Shown: positions 39,424 through 52,118 of the stretch, one piece after another
Layout: every line of letters begins with the position of its first letter
How positions within the stretch are numbered: the first letter of the stretch is position 1
Notes under the pieces: generated by a model
Told to the model about the DNA's origin: nothing
The model's database searches: none
What the model saw: only the letters and a program-made list of their open reading frames with translations
NCBI RefSeq assembly: GCF_009914755.1
Contig: NC_060930.1
Reading direction: 5' to 3' (one strand)
Length of the DNA stretch: 64,000 nucleotides
Origin: the human T2T-CHM13v2.0 reference genome, Homo sapiens
Made by a program: the position numbers and the translations under genes

Positions 39424-39679
39424 CGTGTATTGACAACCCTCCCCACCCTGCCCCTGGGTATGCAGAGCACAAGGACGAAGTCGACAGCAGGCGCTCTGTG
39501 CTCCCGGGATCCCCGGGATATAAGAAACACAGGCTGATAAAGATGGCAAGAAGAAAACCCTTCCCTGATCCTCCATCTCCACAGGTGCTCTTTTCCCACG
39601 AACAAGCCAGGAATCACAGCTGCTCTCCCACCCCACAGAAGAAAGCCATCTCTTTTTCTCTTTTTTCATTTGTATTTGT

Positions 39680-39890
39680 ACTGTGGTAAAATACATATAA
39701 CATCAAATGTGCCCACTTAGCCATTTTTAAGTGCACAGTTCAGTGGCATTACTGCACTCACATGTTGTGCAGCCACCACCACCATCTCCAGAACCTTCTT
39801 ATCTTCCCAGACTGAAACTCTGCACCCACTAAACACTGACTCCCAACTGCCCTTGCCCCAGCCCCCGGAAAGCCCTATTGTACTTTTTGT
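39680..39890 (-). mobile_element. L1MB-type 3' end
   Basis: ttagccatttttaagtgcacagttcagtggcatta...cccagactgaaactctgcaccc. Confidence 0.85.
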
Positions 39891-40411
39891 CCAAAAGAGT
39901 GACATCTTCCCCAACTTTCTCAAACACGGAGAGCCTTGGTTAATGATTAAACAGGCGCCAGGACACTCTGTCTGCCCCTGTCTTATATCAATTCTATGAA
40001 GGCTGAGGGTGTTTTGAGAAGCTGAGCATTTCGGCCTGTGTTGGAATATTCTGTGTTCAGATAAATGATACGGTGGAGTGATACGTTTTTGAAATAACTT
40101 TACCTCGTACATTCTTCAACTACTGTCGGAGAATGCATCACCCTGGAGGAAGACTCATGGGAGCCCAACTCCCAGGATAGGGCAGGACTGTGAACAGAAA
40201 GCCTGAAGTGTGAGTGGAGGAGGGAGCTGGGGGCAGGAGCTGCTCCTCCATCCCGTGGGATCCGATCTGTCTTTCATCACAGGGTGAAAATTCAGTATTT
40301 CTGAATCCCTTGTGAAATGATCAGAATCACCCGACTACTTGAGTAGCAATTAGAAAACATATTGGGATTGCTTACAGCAGACTAGCAAGATTACAAAGAA
40401 ACAGAGGACCT

Positions 40412-40722
40412 GGGTGGGCACAGTGGCTCATGCCTGGAATCCCAGCATTTTGGAAGGCCAAGGCCACCACATCCAGCTAATTTTTTTTTTTCCTGTAGAG
40501 ATGGAGGTCTCACTATGTTGCCCAGGCTGGTCTTGAACTCCTGGTCTTAAGCAATCCTCCCACCTCAGCCTCCCAAAGTGCTGGGCTTGGCGGTACTCCT
40601 GTAGTTCCAGTTACTTGGGAGGCTAAAGTGGGAAGATCATTTGAGCCCAGGATGTCTAGGCTGCAGACAGCCTTGATCACACCACTACACTTCGGCCTAG
40701 GTGACAGAGCAAGGCCTTGATT
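40412..40722 (+). mobile_element. AluJ with an internal inversion
   Basis: Plus-strand start, inverted left arm plus linker (about 40465-40586), then a plus-strand right arm. Confidence 0.85.
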
Positions 40723-41330
40723 TGAAAGAAAGAAAGAAAAAGAGAGAGAGGTGGGGGGAAGAGAAAGGAAGAAAGGAAGGAAGGAGGGAGAGAGGAAGGA
40801 GAGAGAGGGAGAGAGAGAGGGAAGGAGAGAAGGAGGGAGGGAGGGAAGGAGGGAGGAAGGGAGGGAAGGAAGGGAAGGAAGGAAGGAAAGAAGGAAGGAA
40901 GGGAGGGAGGGAGAGAGGGAGGGAGAGAAGGAGGGAGGGAGGGAAGGAGGGAGGGAGAGAAGGAGGGAGGGAGGGAAGGAGGGAGGGAGGGAGGGAAGGA
41001 GGGAGGGAGGGAAGGAGGGAGGAGGGGAGGGAAGGAGGGAGAGAGGGAGGGAGAGAAGGAGGGAGAGAGGGAGGGAGAGAAGGAGGGAGAGAGGGAGGGA
41101 GAGAAGGAGGGAGAGAGGGAGGGAGAGAAGGAGGGAGGGAAGGAGGGAGGGAGGGAAGGAGGGAGGGAAGGAGGGAGGGAGGGAAGGAGGGAGGAGGGGA
41201 GGGAAGGAGGGAGGCAGGGAAGGAGGGAGGAGGGGAGGGAAGGAAGGAAGGAAAGAAGGAAGGAAGGAAGGAAGGGAGGGAGGGAGGGAGGGAGGGAGGG
41301 AGGGAGGGAGGGAGGGAGGGAGCAAGGGAG
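40723..41330. repeat. About 600-bp polypurine (GGGA/GGAA/GAGA)n tract derived from the Alu tail
   Basis: Almost purine-only on the + strand, with a 24-bp sub-repeat x4 at about 41032-41128. Confidence 0.97.
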
Positions 41331-41714
41331 ACCTGGTCTTCCAAGTCCATGTGTTCTATGGAGCAGTAATTTCATGAAATGCTCAGGGAGAAAACACTCA
41401 GATGATTTGGGAAGACATTGTTTGTGGAGAATCACAAAACACATTAGCACATTAAAGGCTTGTGAAAATCACTTTAAGATTTGTCACTAGAATTGACTTT
41501 TCAAATTGCATCATTGACAGCTACTGACAGCCCATGAAACTAGGTATTGTCAGAACATACTCTGACAGCCTACTAAAATGACACATTTTAGAATTTAGAG
41601 CCAAGGTACTATTTTCTCTGCTGATAACTGAGTATGCTTTAAGATTTCTGAATATATAACTAAGTTCAATAGTCATCTCATAGATAATAGATGGAAAAAA
41701 ATAACATAACAGAA

Positions 41715-42222
41715 GCTGTTAGTTGCCTCATAATATCCTTTCTTCTCTTCTTTGGTCACAGAACCCTGATTTTATTTGGGGGTGGCAACTTGGCCAACTA
41801 AAAACTACATCTCCCAATCGCCTTTATAGCTAAGTATTGCCAATAACTATATTCTGGCCAATGGGACAGTACTAGTGGGGCTTTGGGGAGGGTTTCTTAA
41901 CAAGAGATAATTCAGTTGGGTAGTGAGCCCATTTTGCCATTTCATGGCTCCTTTTTTCTGCCGTCTGGAATGCAGATGTGATGGCAGGAGCTCCATCAAC
42001 TATTTTGGACCATGAGGTTACCCTGACAATGGAAGCTATGCACTAAGGATGTGGGATCGGAAAGGCAGAAGGGGCCTGGGTCTCTGCTGACATTGTGAAG
42101 CTGCCATACTAGTTCAGGAATGCCTACATTTAGACCTGATAACAAAATGAACACTTGTATGCTTAAGTCACTATAACTGGGGGTTTTCTTTTATATGTAA
42201 TGAAGCCAAATCTTAACCAAAG
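41715..42222 (+). mobile_element. MLT1J/K-like MaLR LTR
   Basis: ttctggccaatggga, tggaatgcagatgtgatggcaggagctcca...ttggaccatgagg, gcctgggtctctg. Confidence 0.78.
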
Positions 42223-43017
42223 AAAAGACAGTCACTACTTGAGAGAGTTTATTGATACCCCTGGCTCAGGAGATCTGGCCAGCTTTCCAATAAACTTCCA
42301 TCTTCCCAGCTGTTTTTCCAAGTGAAACATGATCTATTACCTGATAACAAATAGCAAAATTTCCTCTCTGTCTAGGGATTCCTCCTCACCCAGAATCTTA
42401 GCCTGTGGCCCTTTCTCCTTTCTACAGGAGAGGAATTATGTTTTCTTTGCCAGATTCCTTAAAGTGTTATACACGTGGGTTTGCACCAATCTTTGCTTTC
42501 ATGATATAAATTTCTCCTGTAAATCTTATTCTCATTTTCTTGCCTGCTTGCCCTTTTGGATGGAGACTCTCACCACGAGGTTGCCAAGTCACTCAGTTGT
42601 GATCTTTTCTCCAGGTTCCTACCCCTTTTTCTCCATCTGTCAGGAATCAAGTTTCAATAAGAGGAAGTTTATTTTTGAGTCAGTAAATTGATGTAAGAAG
42701 GGAAGCAAAACTATTTTGATTAGAATATGTTTGATTAAATATCTTTTCCAGCTGTCTGACCCCAACTCAAGAGCTCCTTATTCTTTCTATGTGCAAACAA
42801 AATGAAGCAAGGCCCACCTTAGAAACAAAAGGTTTTCTCACAATGAAAATGTTGGATTCTTCTTCCTCTCAGAAATAATGTCATCTAAGGAAAAGTTCAT
42901 GATAAGTTTGCTTTCTTCTTTTAAGGTAACTTTTGCATACGATGTTAATTAAGTAAAATATTAGTTGAATTTTGTGAAAATATCATGATTCAGTCACTTG
43001 CTTTGGTCTTTAGAATA

Positions 43018-43450
43018 AGGATGGATGAATAAATAAAGAGATAGAGGGATTGATGGGTGTGTGGATGGGTGAATGGAAGGATGGGTAAATAGAAGAATAA
43101 ACTGATGGGTGGGTGGAAGAGTGGACGGATGAGTGGATAGGTAGATGGATGGGTGGGTCGGTGGATGGATGAGTGGACTGGTGGGTGGATGGATGGATGG
43201 ATGAGTACATGGGTGAACGGATGGGTGGGTAGATGAATGGGTGGATGGATGGATGGGTGGGTGGGTGGATGGATGGGTGAGTGGATGGGTGGGTGGATGG
43301 ATGGATGAGTGGATGGGTGTATGGATGAGTGGATGGGTGGATGGATGAGTGGATGGGTGGATGGATGGATGGACGGATGGATGGATAGGTGGAAGGGTGA
43401 GTGGATGGATGAGAGAAGGAGAGGAAAAGAGTAAGAGAGAGAGAGAGAGA
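43018..43450. repeat. Degenerate (GGAT/GGGT)n microsatellite with a GA-rich tail
   Basis: Visible tetramer array. Confidence 0.93.
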
Positions 43451-43619
43451 CAAATAGAGAAACTATTAGAATCATCAGATGATTGAGAGAAAATGTAGTT
43501 CATTTCCCTTTATGTACTGATGAGGAAGCTGAAGCCCAGGGAGACCAAGTCCATGGTTCCCCCAGTGAGACCTAAAATCCAAGACTGCTGCCTCCCAGTC
43601 CAGAGGTCTAATATTGCTA

Positions 43620-44050
43620 TTTTGTCTCAGTCCTAATGGAATTAGCCAGTTCAAACTAATTTATTCTGCAATAGGAACCAATGGCCAAATCTCCATGGCT
43701 CAAAACAACAATGGTTGACTTCCTGCCTACACCACATGTCCACAGCTGTTCTGCAGAAGGGTGCTCTGCTCACCTCAGCCAGTCAGAGACTTCGGCTGAC
43801 AGAGTTTCACCATCTGAGGTCATGGCCATCTCCCCAGACAGTCTTCAAGTTCACTGCTGTGGGTAGAGAGAACATAGAAGTCTCCCAGCAGCTCTTCCAT
43901 GCCTCCACCCAAAAGTGACCTGTGTCCCTGCCACTCCCATCTCATTAGCCAAAGCAAGGCTCTGGGAAGTTGGAGAAATGTAATCCTCCGTTATGTCCAA
44001 GAAGGGGAGAATAAAAATATTAGGGAGCTTGCGAAATGTCTTCCACACCA
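43620..44050 (-). mobile_element. MLT1-type MaLR LTR
   Basis: aaatctccatggctcaaaacaacaa...gcctccacccaaaagtgac...ctcattagccaaagcaag. Confidence 0.65.
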
Positions 44051-44519
44051 GCCCTGACTGCAGTCACTATTTAATAACCCACAGGGCAGCTTTGGGAATG
44101 GTCTATACCTCCCATATTTTGCATTACAAGGGTAGGGAGAGACAAAAACAAGGCTCACTGCAACACCTTTCTCAAAATAACAGAATTGACCTCTGACAGA
44201 AGCTTGGAAAAATCCCAACCCAAAGCCACAGGAAGCCCTGGACATCTCTAGTTCCGGCTCTTTGTCATCAAATCTGCGAATACAGAGGGTCAGATCTTAA
44301 GACCTTAAGCACATAATACAATGGTCATGAAGAAAACTCTATTTTTAGAGCATGCCATTTCACTAAGCTAGATGGTTCTGGAGAATGTTAGACCTGGAGG
44401 GAACCATTTCCTCCCTTATCTCTTTTAACAGCCCCCAGATAGCTGGCTGATAGATATTATTATCATCAGTTACAGATGGCAAAACCGATACTTAGAGGAT
44501 TAACAAGAGTGGATCAAAT

Positions 44520-44969
44520 GCATTAGTCACAATAACCTGGGTTACCTATGTTGACAAACAATCCTAAAATCCCAGTGCCTCAACATACACGTGTGCTCTT
44601 GCTCACATGGTATCCAACATGAGTTGCACAAAATTCTGCTCTACAGCCCTGTTTGGGACCTAGGATGGAGGCTCTTTCATCTTACAGCCACAGCATCAAA
44701 GCACACGGCCTTCTCATCTGGGAGGCTGGCGAACACGTGTCTCCTCCGTCTCACGGTGAGAGAAAAGGAGGCGACCAGCGATCAAAGTGCTTCACCCACA
44801 CAGAGCACAAGTCATCTCCACTCACTGCCTGTTGGGCAGAGTTGGCCGCGTGACTGTCCCCGAGCAGTGGCTGGGAAGTACACTTCTCTTTGTGGGCAGG
44901 GCAGGAGAGAGGCTGGCGACGTCCACCAAGCCAGGGCAGGCAGCAGCAGAGCTGGGTCCAGAGCCCAAG
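44520..44969 (-). mobile_element. MLT1-type MaLR LTR fragment
   Basis: gacaaacaatcctaaaatcccagtgcctcaaca...ctcactgcctgttgggcagag. Confidence 0.6.
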
Positions 44970-45373
44970 CATATTAGTCTGTTCTCACACTGTTATAAAG
45001 AAATACCTGAGACTAGGCAATTTATAAAGAAAAGGGGTTTAATTGGCTCACAGTTCTGCAGACTGTACAGGAAGCATGGTGCCAGCATCTGCTTGGCTTC
45101 TGGAGAGTCCTCAGGAAGCCTACAGACATGGTGGAAGGCAAAGGGCAAGCAGACACCTCACATGGCCAGAGCAGGAGGAAGAAGGAGGGGGAAATGCCAT
45201 ACACTGTTAAACAACCAGACCTCATGAGAACTCACTCACTATACAGTACCAAATGCTAAACCATGAGAAACCAGCCCTGTGATCCAATCACCACCCACCA
45301 GGCCCCACCTCCAATATTGGGGATTACAATTGAGCATGAGATTTGGGTGGGGACATAGATCCAAACCATATCA
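44970..45373 (-). mobile_element. MSTA-like MaLR solo LTR
   Basis: tattagtctgttctcacactg...ggctcacagttctgcag...gatccaaaccatatca, with a 5-bp TSD ccaag (44965-44969, 45374-45378). Confidence 0.92.
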
Positions 45374-45469
45374 CCAAGTCCTCTGGATTTCCTTCCAATG
45401 TTCCTATTCTGTGGCCAGAGTAAATGGCTCAAGTGAAAATTCAACTAGGCTCTAATCCAAGGACCTTGG

Positions 45470-45625
45470 GTTGGTCACTTACCTACCTGAGACAACGTTT
45501 ACTCACTTATAAATAGGAATAATAAAAGCTACCCCAAGGCCTATTGTAAGGATTACATGAGATAATGAATATTAAGCACTTACTATAGTATCTTGCACAT
45601 AATCGGCCCTCATTAAATTCTTGTT
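45470..45625 (+). mobile_element. MIR fragment
   Basis: ctcacttataaataggaataataaaagctaccc...ttgtaaggattacatgagataat. Confidence 0.75.
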
Positions 45626-46004
45626 GCTGTTGAGATTGTAGCTGTAAAGCCACCGTGGCCTTTGACGTCATGAACAGTGTCGGCTAGGTGATCGAAACAT
45701 CTGCCTCTTCTCTGCAGATGTCAGACGTTGTCAAAGTCACCCTCCAATGACCCAACTTTACTTCTGGCACCATCCTGGGACTGACAATTTGTCACGCAGA
45801 CACAAAGAAAAACCTTCTCATGGACCCTCCAAGGAGTCTAGGTTCTTATTATGAACCCTCGTTTTATCTGTTAATTCAGTACATATTTATGAAGCACCTC
45901 TTCTGCATTTATTCCCTATGCTGGGAATAAAATTTTAGAAAAAACAAACATAACTCATGGCATTTATGGTCTTTGTTTTTAATTTTTTATCTTATTTTAT
46001 TTTT

Positions 46005-46545
<541 letters not shown>

Positions 46546-47940
46546 CACTTTAGAGTCTTTGAAGAAACACAAAGTTACCTTGCAGTGTCTTTGGAAATAA
46601 GTAGGCATAGAACTCACCCTTTGCCAGTGAAGTGGACTGGCAAACACTGCTGTCACATTTTGTACCCACGCAGAGCACCGCTTCAGGCACACTTGGTCCA
46701 GGCACACTTGGTCCACGTGATCTTTGTAGGTGAACCCTGCACGCTGAGTCCTGTGGTGGCCCCTGGCCCCTGCCACCCTCCCGGGATTGCACGCTTTCAC
46801 AGCCACAGCAAGCTCAGCCAGCGTTCACTCTTCTTCTAGCCCATCCTACTTACCACAGTCACTTAACTCCGAAAAATCCTGGCACCTTCTCACTGCCTGC
46901 CAAGTTGTACTCCACTGGCACGTGGATGGTGTGACTGCCTTTACACGTGACTGGGAATCTAAACCCCACCCTGCTCAGCGCCATGGCGGGGTGTCTGATG
47001 CAGCAGCCGCAGCAACAGCTTCCCAAGTTGTCAGAGAAGAGCCTTAAGCTTCCTTGCTACATGGGACTCCAGGAGTCCCCTGGGAAGTTCAGGCTAGAGC
47101 CTGTTTGTTCACCTTCCCCATGATTCCATAAACCATTTAATATCCTGAAATAAATCCCTTTCTGCTCTGCTCTGTAACTGAACCCTGACCAACACCGAGA
47201 CTGGAATCAGGAGAGGTCGTAGGACTGAGTCTTAGGAATCAAAGTCTCAGCTCCCTCGGCTGGGTGGTTTTCAAACTCCTGGGTCCAAATGTATACACAT
47301 AATTTCAAAGAAATCAATTTCCAGATCCTTACCTCCTTTATACACTCTTGCCTCAAGGCAAGTGTTCAAAAGCACACTTTATAAAAGAAAGCACTAGCCC
47401 TCAGCCTTCCCAAACTTACTCCACGAGGGTTTCTAAACCCTCAAATGCCAAACACAAGGAAAGGCTGTCCTGATAACCAAGCAAGGCCCCACCACCCTCT
47501 GCCGTTCCAGCTTTCCCTGCCTCATGGTACTTTCTGCTAAGGAAGGGGCCTGGCTTTTGGCCCATGTTGGGATGTTCTGAATTCAGGTATATGATAGTGA
47601 GCTGGTGAGCAGTGACAAGCGCTGAGTAACGACCTCATCTCTGACGTATCTATCTACCGTCAAAGGAGGCATCGTTCTGCAGGAGGAGTCCTGTGGGGAC
47701 CTGGGTAAGGAATGCTAGGTGATTTGGGGGAAGAGAAAGAGGAAAGAATTGGGAGAATTGACTGATATTTCTATAAGAAACCTTTTCCATTCCCATCAGC
47801 TTAATTTTGTGATCAGGCTTTCCAGCAATTATACCTACGAAGCACAAAAAGTAGGAAAAGAATCCAGGCAGAACCATCTGGCAGTGGTAGATTCTGGCGG
47901 TGGTAGATTCAGTCGTACATTTTTAAAATAAGGAAATTCC

Positions 47941-48225
47941 AGCTGGGCGTAGTAGCTCACGCCTGTAATCCCAGCACTTTGGGAGCATCTCCTGAGCCCA
48001 GGAGTTTGAGACCAGCCTGGGCAACATAGGGAGGCCTCATCTCTACAAAAAAACTTTAAAAATTACCTAGACATGGTGGCACGCACCTGTAGTCCCAGCT
48101 ACTCAGGAGGCTGAGGTGAGAGGATCGCTCGAGCCCAGAAGTTTGAGGCTGCAGTGAGCCGAGATTACACTACTGCACTCCAGGCTGGGCAGCAAAGTGA
48201 GATCCCGAGAGAGAGAGAGACAGAG
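47941..48225 (+). mobile_element. AluJ with a left-arm deletion
   Basis: cactttgggag|catctcctgagccc, same deletion and gtagctcac variant as the Alu at 7164-7443. Confidence 0.92.
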
Positions 48226-48491
48226 AAAATTTTAAAAACTCATCATGTAAGTGAGACATTTCCAATAAAATTTCACTCTTTGAATTAACACAATTTTTTT
48301 AGCAACGTTTATAACATTTATGTTGTTTTCATAAGTTGCATGATAACAACCATTGTAATCATGACCCAGAAAATACTTTAAATTCCTAAAGTCTTTTGGT
48401 GGCAGGAAATAAAGAACACTTTACAATTTCGATTCACATACATTTTTGGTTGCAGAAAAGGGTGATTAATAAATGTTTCAAGCGTAAGTAT

Positions 48492-48820
48492 AGGATGAAC
48501 CTTGTAACTGAAGGAAGCCAGTCTCAAAGGATAGCATACTGCATGATTCCATTTACATATAAATGCTTGGAGTGAGCAACTCCATAGAGACAGAAAGTGA
48601 ATTAATGGTGACCTAGAACTGGGTGGGGTTGAGGGAGATGGAACAATTGCCGGGGTGATAGCTGAGGGGTGTAGGGCTTCTTTTGAAATAAAAATGTTCT
48701 AACATATATTGTGGTCACGATGTAAAAGTCTGTGAATATATTAAAAGCCATTCAATAGCACACTTTACTTATGTGAATTGTACAATAGATAAATTATATC
48801 TTAATAAAGCTGTTAAAAAT
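48492..48820 (+). mobile_element. L1MB-type 3' end
   Basis: ggatgaaccttg...catgattccatttacata...catagagacagaaagtga...ttatatcttaataaagctgttaaaaa. Confidence 0.85.
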
Positions 48821-48828
48821 ATACATTA

Positions 48829-49152
48829 GGCTGGGCACAGTGGCTCACACCTATAATCACAGCACTTTGGGAGGCTGAGATGGGAGGACTGTTTGAGACC
48901 AGGAGTTCGAGACCAGCGTGGGAAACACAGTGAGACCCTCTATCTCTACAAAAGAAATGAAAAAGCAATTAGCTGGGTGTGGTGGCACATGTCTGTAACC
49001 CCAGCTGGTCAGGAGGCTGAGGTGGGAGGATGGCTTAAGCCCAGGAGTTCAAAGCTGCAGTGAGCTGTGATTGCACTACGTACTTCAGCTGGAGCAACAG
49101 AGTGAGACCCTGTCTAAAAATATATATATACATACACACACACACACACACA
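48829..49152 (+). mobile_element. AluJ with a (TA)(CA) tail
   Basis: Dimeric AluJ-type arms. Confidence 0.92.
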
Positions 49153-49377
49153 TTACATTATGAAGGAATCCTAAGAAGAAAGTGAAATGGAACTTTATAT
49201 GTTCAAGAGTAAAAAGACAAATTTTCAAAATTTTGAAAAATTTTCGAAAATTAAAGAGATTGTTCAAATATTTCAAAGTAAATGATGATGGATAGCATGT
49301 CATTATAGTGTTTAGGCTCCATGGATACTTTTCACAAAGTTACATGACATTTTTATCATAATGTCCCTATTGACAGT

Positions 49378-49910
49378 GCAGCGGTAGATTCACCCCGTAG
49401 CTAACAAACCCCAATCTTCAGAGGCTTTCACTAGCACAGGCCACCCCCAAGGCCTAGAAATGGCTCTTCTGGGTCACATATTTTAGTAAAATTTACAAGA
49501 GTAAGACCTTTCAACCTTAAGGATTAATACCTCTTTTTACACTCCCCTTTGTCTTTCTTCTCCCCATGTGTGGTGGCATTGCAGTGGCCATGGGTGCTTT
49601 TGAAAGTCCACTAATTGAATTGGGATAAACAAGTTAGTTGGGGTTTCAGAGGATATATTTACTGGTGCAGTAACTTCCACATATGATTATGTTATTGCTA
49701 GCCCCTCTAGTGTAAAAATGATTTCTAGAAATACTCCCTCTGCCCACGGTCCTGAGGACCAGAAGTCATGCTGTGATATTCATTTTCTGTGGTGACCAGC
49801 ACCATGAATGTGTGGACAGTAGAGAAGAAATAAGGTTGGAAATGTACACAACCAGAAGCCAGTCTACGTAAAAACATAATAGAGATGAATCAGGCAGATC
49901 TTCAATAAAA
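49378..49910 (+). mobile_element. Zaphod-like (hAT-Tip100) fragment
   Basis: cagcggtagattcaccccgtagctaa...cttcagaggctttcactagcacaggcc resembles the Zaphod 5' end. Confidence 0.6.
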
Positions 49911-50017
49911 AGATCTCTTTCTTAGGTTTTGTCATGTTAGCTTTTTTTAAACTTCTAATGTTCTGTGATCCATTTCAACTATTTACACTTATCAGGAAAA
50001 GGTGAGATGTCAAGTTA

Positions 50018-50296
<279 letters not shown>

Positions 50297-50781
50297 CTAA
50301 ATTGTCTTCAGGAGTGTATGCAGAAAAAAATTTGAAGACCACTAAGTTATCTGACTTGGCTGGGCTTGAAGCACAGGAGGTCTCATTCACATCAGAAGGT
50401 GGGACCCTGGTGCTCTGTAGCAAGAGGTGACGCAACAGTTGCTTGAACTCTGCTTTCAGAGTTGGGGTTATAGGAGTCAAGTGATAAGTGGAGTTTTGGC
50501 TCACGTGCTTCTCATGATGTACCTTGTAGGTCTATAAACTTATCCTGTAGCATTTCCTGGGTTTCTGAATGCAGAGCACTCTCTATGCAGAAACTCTATG
50601 AATGTATGCAGAAACACCCAGCTACAGAATCCCCACACTCATCCCTGGCCCAGGAAGTGAGGACTATTTAGGTAAGAAGGAGCAAGTGGAAAACCCTGGA
50701 ACCACTTCTTCCTATCAAGAGTTATCAAAAGCAACATCACATCCCTGAATCAACTGCCAAAGACTTGAAAGATGTAGAGAT

Positions 50782-51090
50782 GGCCGGGCGTGGTGGCTCA
50801 TGCCTGTAATCCCAGCACTTTGGGAGGCCGAGGCAGGTGGATCATGAGGTCAGGAGATCAAGACCATCCTGGCTAACACAGTGAAACCCTGTCTCTACTA
50901 AAAATACAAAAAATTAGCCGGGCTTGGTGGCGGGCACTTGTAGTTCCAGCTACTCGGGAGGCTGAGGAGGAGAATGGGATGAACCCAGGAGGCAGAGCTT
51001 GTAGTGAGCCAAGATCACGCCACTGCCCCCCAGCCTGGGCGACAGAGTAAGACTCTGTCTAAAAAAAAAAACAAAACAAACAAACAAAAA
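50782..51090 (+). mobile_element. AluY-like
   Basis: accatcctggctaacac and gagcttg diagnostics, TSD aaagatgtagagat. Confidence 0.95.
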
Positions 51091-51698
51091 AGATGTAGAG
51101 ATGACATTTCCTATTACGGCCACTTAACTCCCCTGCTTCACCTATGTAGAACACATATGGCTGTTGGAGGATAATAAGGGTTCACTGTTAATTTAGTCAA
51201 TAGATGGCTTCCATTGCAGCTTTTGTTCTAGACATAGTTTTATGACTGTAGCAAATCAACACAGCCCCCAGCACCCAATATGCAGCTATCAGTTTGGTAA
51301 ATGTGTTGTCTCTTTCCCAATAAAACCACCAGAAGCAATATTATTTTACCTGGTAGGGACAGCAATACACCTCCACAGTCTTACCCTGTGTCAGGACTGT
51401 GCCTTCTCTCCCAATTACATCTGCAGGGAACTGTGTTCATGTGACCATTCCAGAGGACACCACATTAGTAATACGATTCTTATTGCACCTAGTGAGCGGA
51501 AACAAGTACATTATGTGCCTACATGTGTGCCAAAGAGTGGAATGTTGTGTCACAAGAATTCAAGAACCTGCTCTCTCAGCAGAATTGCTGTGCCCAGTGA
51601 TCTGGTGAGCGATGGGATATCTCTCTGAATCTTGCACCCCCTACTGCTAATAAAGAGCTATAGCACTTGATACGACTCTGGATTGGGGAACCAATATG

Positions 51699-51701
<3 letters not shown>

Positions 51702-51737
<36 letters not shown>

Positions 51738-51747
51738 GGTGTGTGTG
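51702..51747. repeat. (TG)n microsatellite
   Basis: Visible dinucleotide run. Confidence 0.95.
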
Positions 51748-51809
51748 CAGCTCTGACCCATATTCTGAATAACCCATTAGTCTGCCAGCTTTGAGAAAAT
51801 CCCAGGGCA

Positions 51810-52118
51810 GGCCAGGCATGGTAGCTCATGCCTATAATCCCAGCACTTTGTGAGGGCCAAGGCAGTAGGATCGCTTGAACCCAGAAGTTCAAGACAAGCC
51901 TGGGCAAAAAAAAACCATGACTCTGTCTCAAAAAAAATTTTTTTTAATTAGCTGGGTGCATGGTGGCATACACCTATAGTCCTAGCTTCTCAGGATGCTG
52001 AGGCAAGAGGATTTCTTGAGCCCCAGGAGTTGAAGGCTGCAGTGAGGTATGGTTGCACCACTGTGCCACTCCAGCCTGGGTGACAGAGAGAGACTGTCTT
52101 AAAAAACAAAAACAAAAA
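51810..52118 (+). mobile_element. AluJ
   Basis: Dimeric AluJ-type arms. Confidence 0.9.

Noticed and set aside
40860-41275. EWS-FLI1-type GGAA microsatellite enhancer
   Set aside because: Uninterrupted GGAA runs are only about 4-5 units; the tract is mostly GGGA.
40513-41450. Long Pro/Ser/Leu- and Glu/Gly/Arg-rich ORFs (208-270 aa)
   Set aside because: Translations of the polypurine microsatellite and Alu; stop-free because of base composition.
42990-43503. His/Pro/Ser-rich ORFs
   Set aside because: Translations of the (ATCC)n microsatellite.
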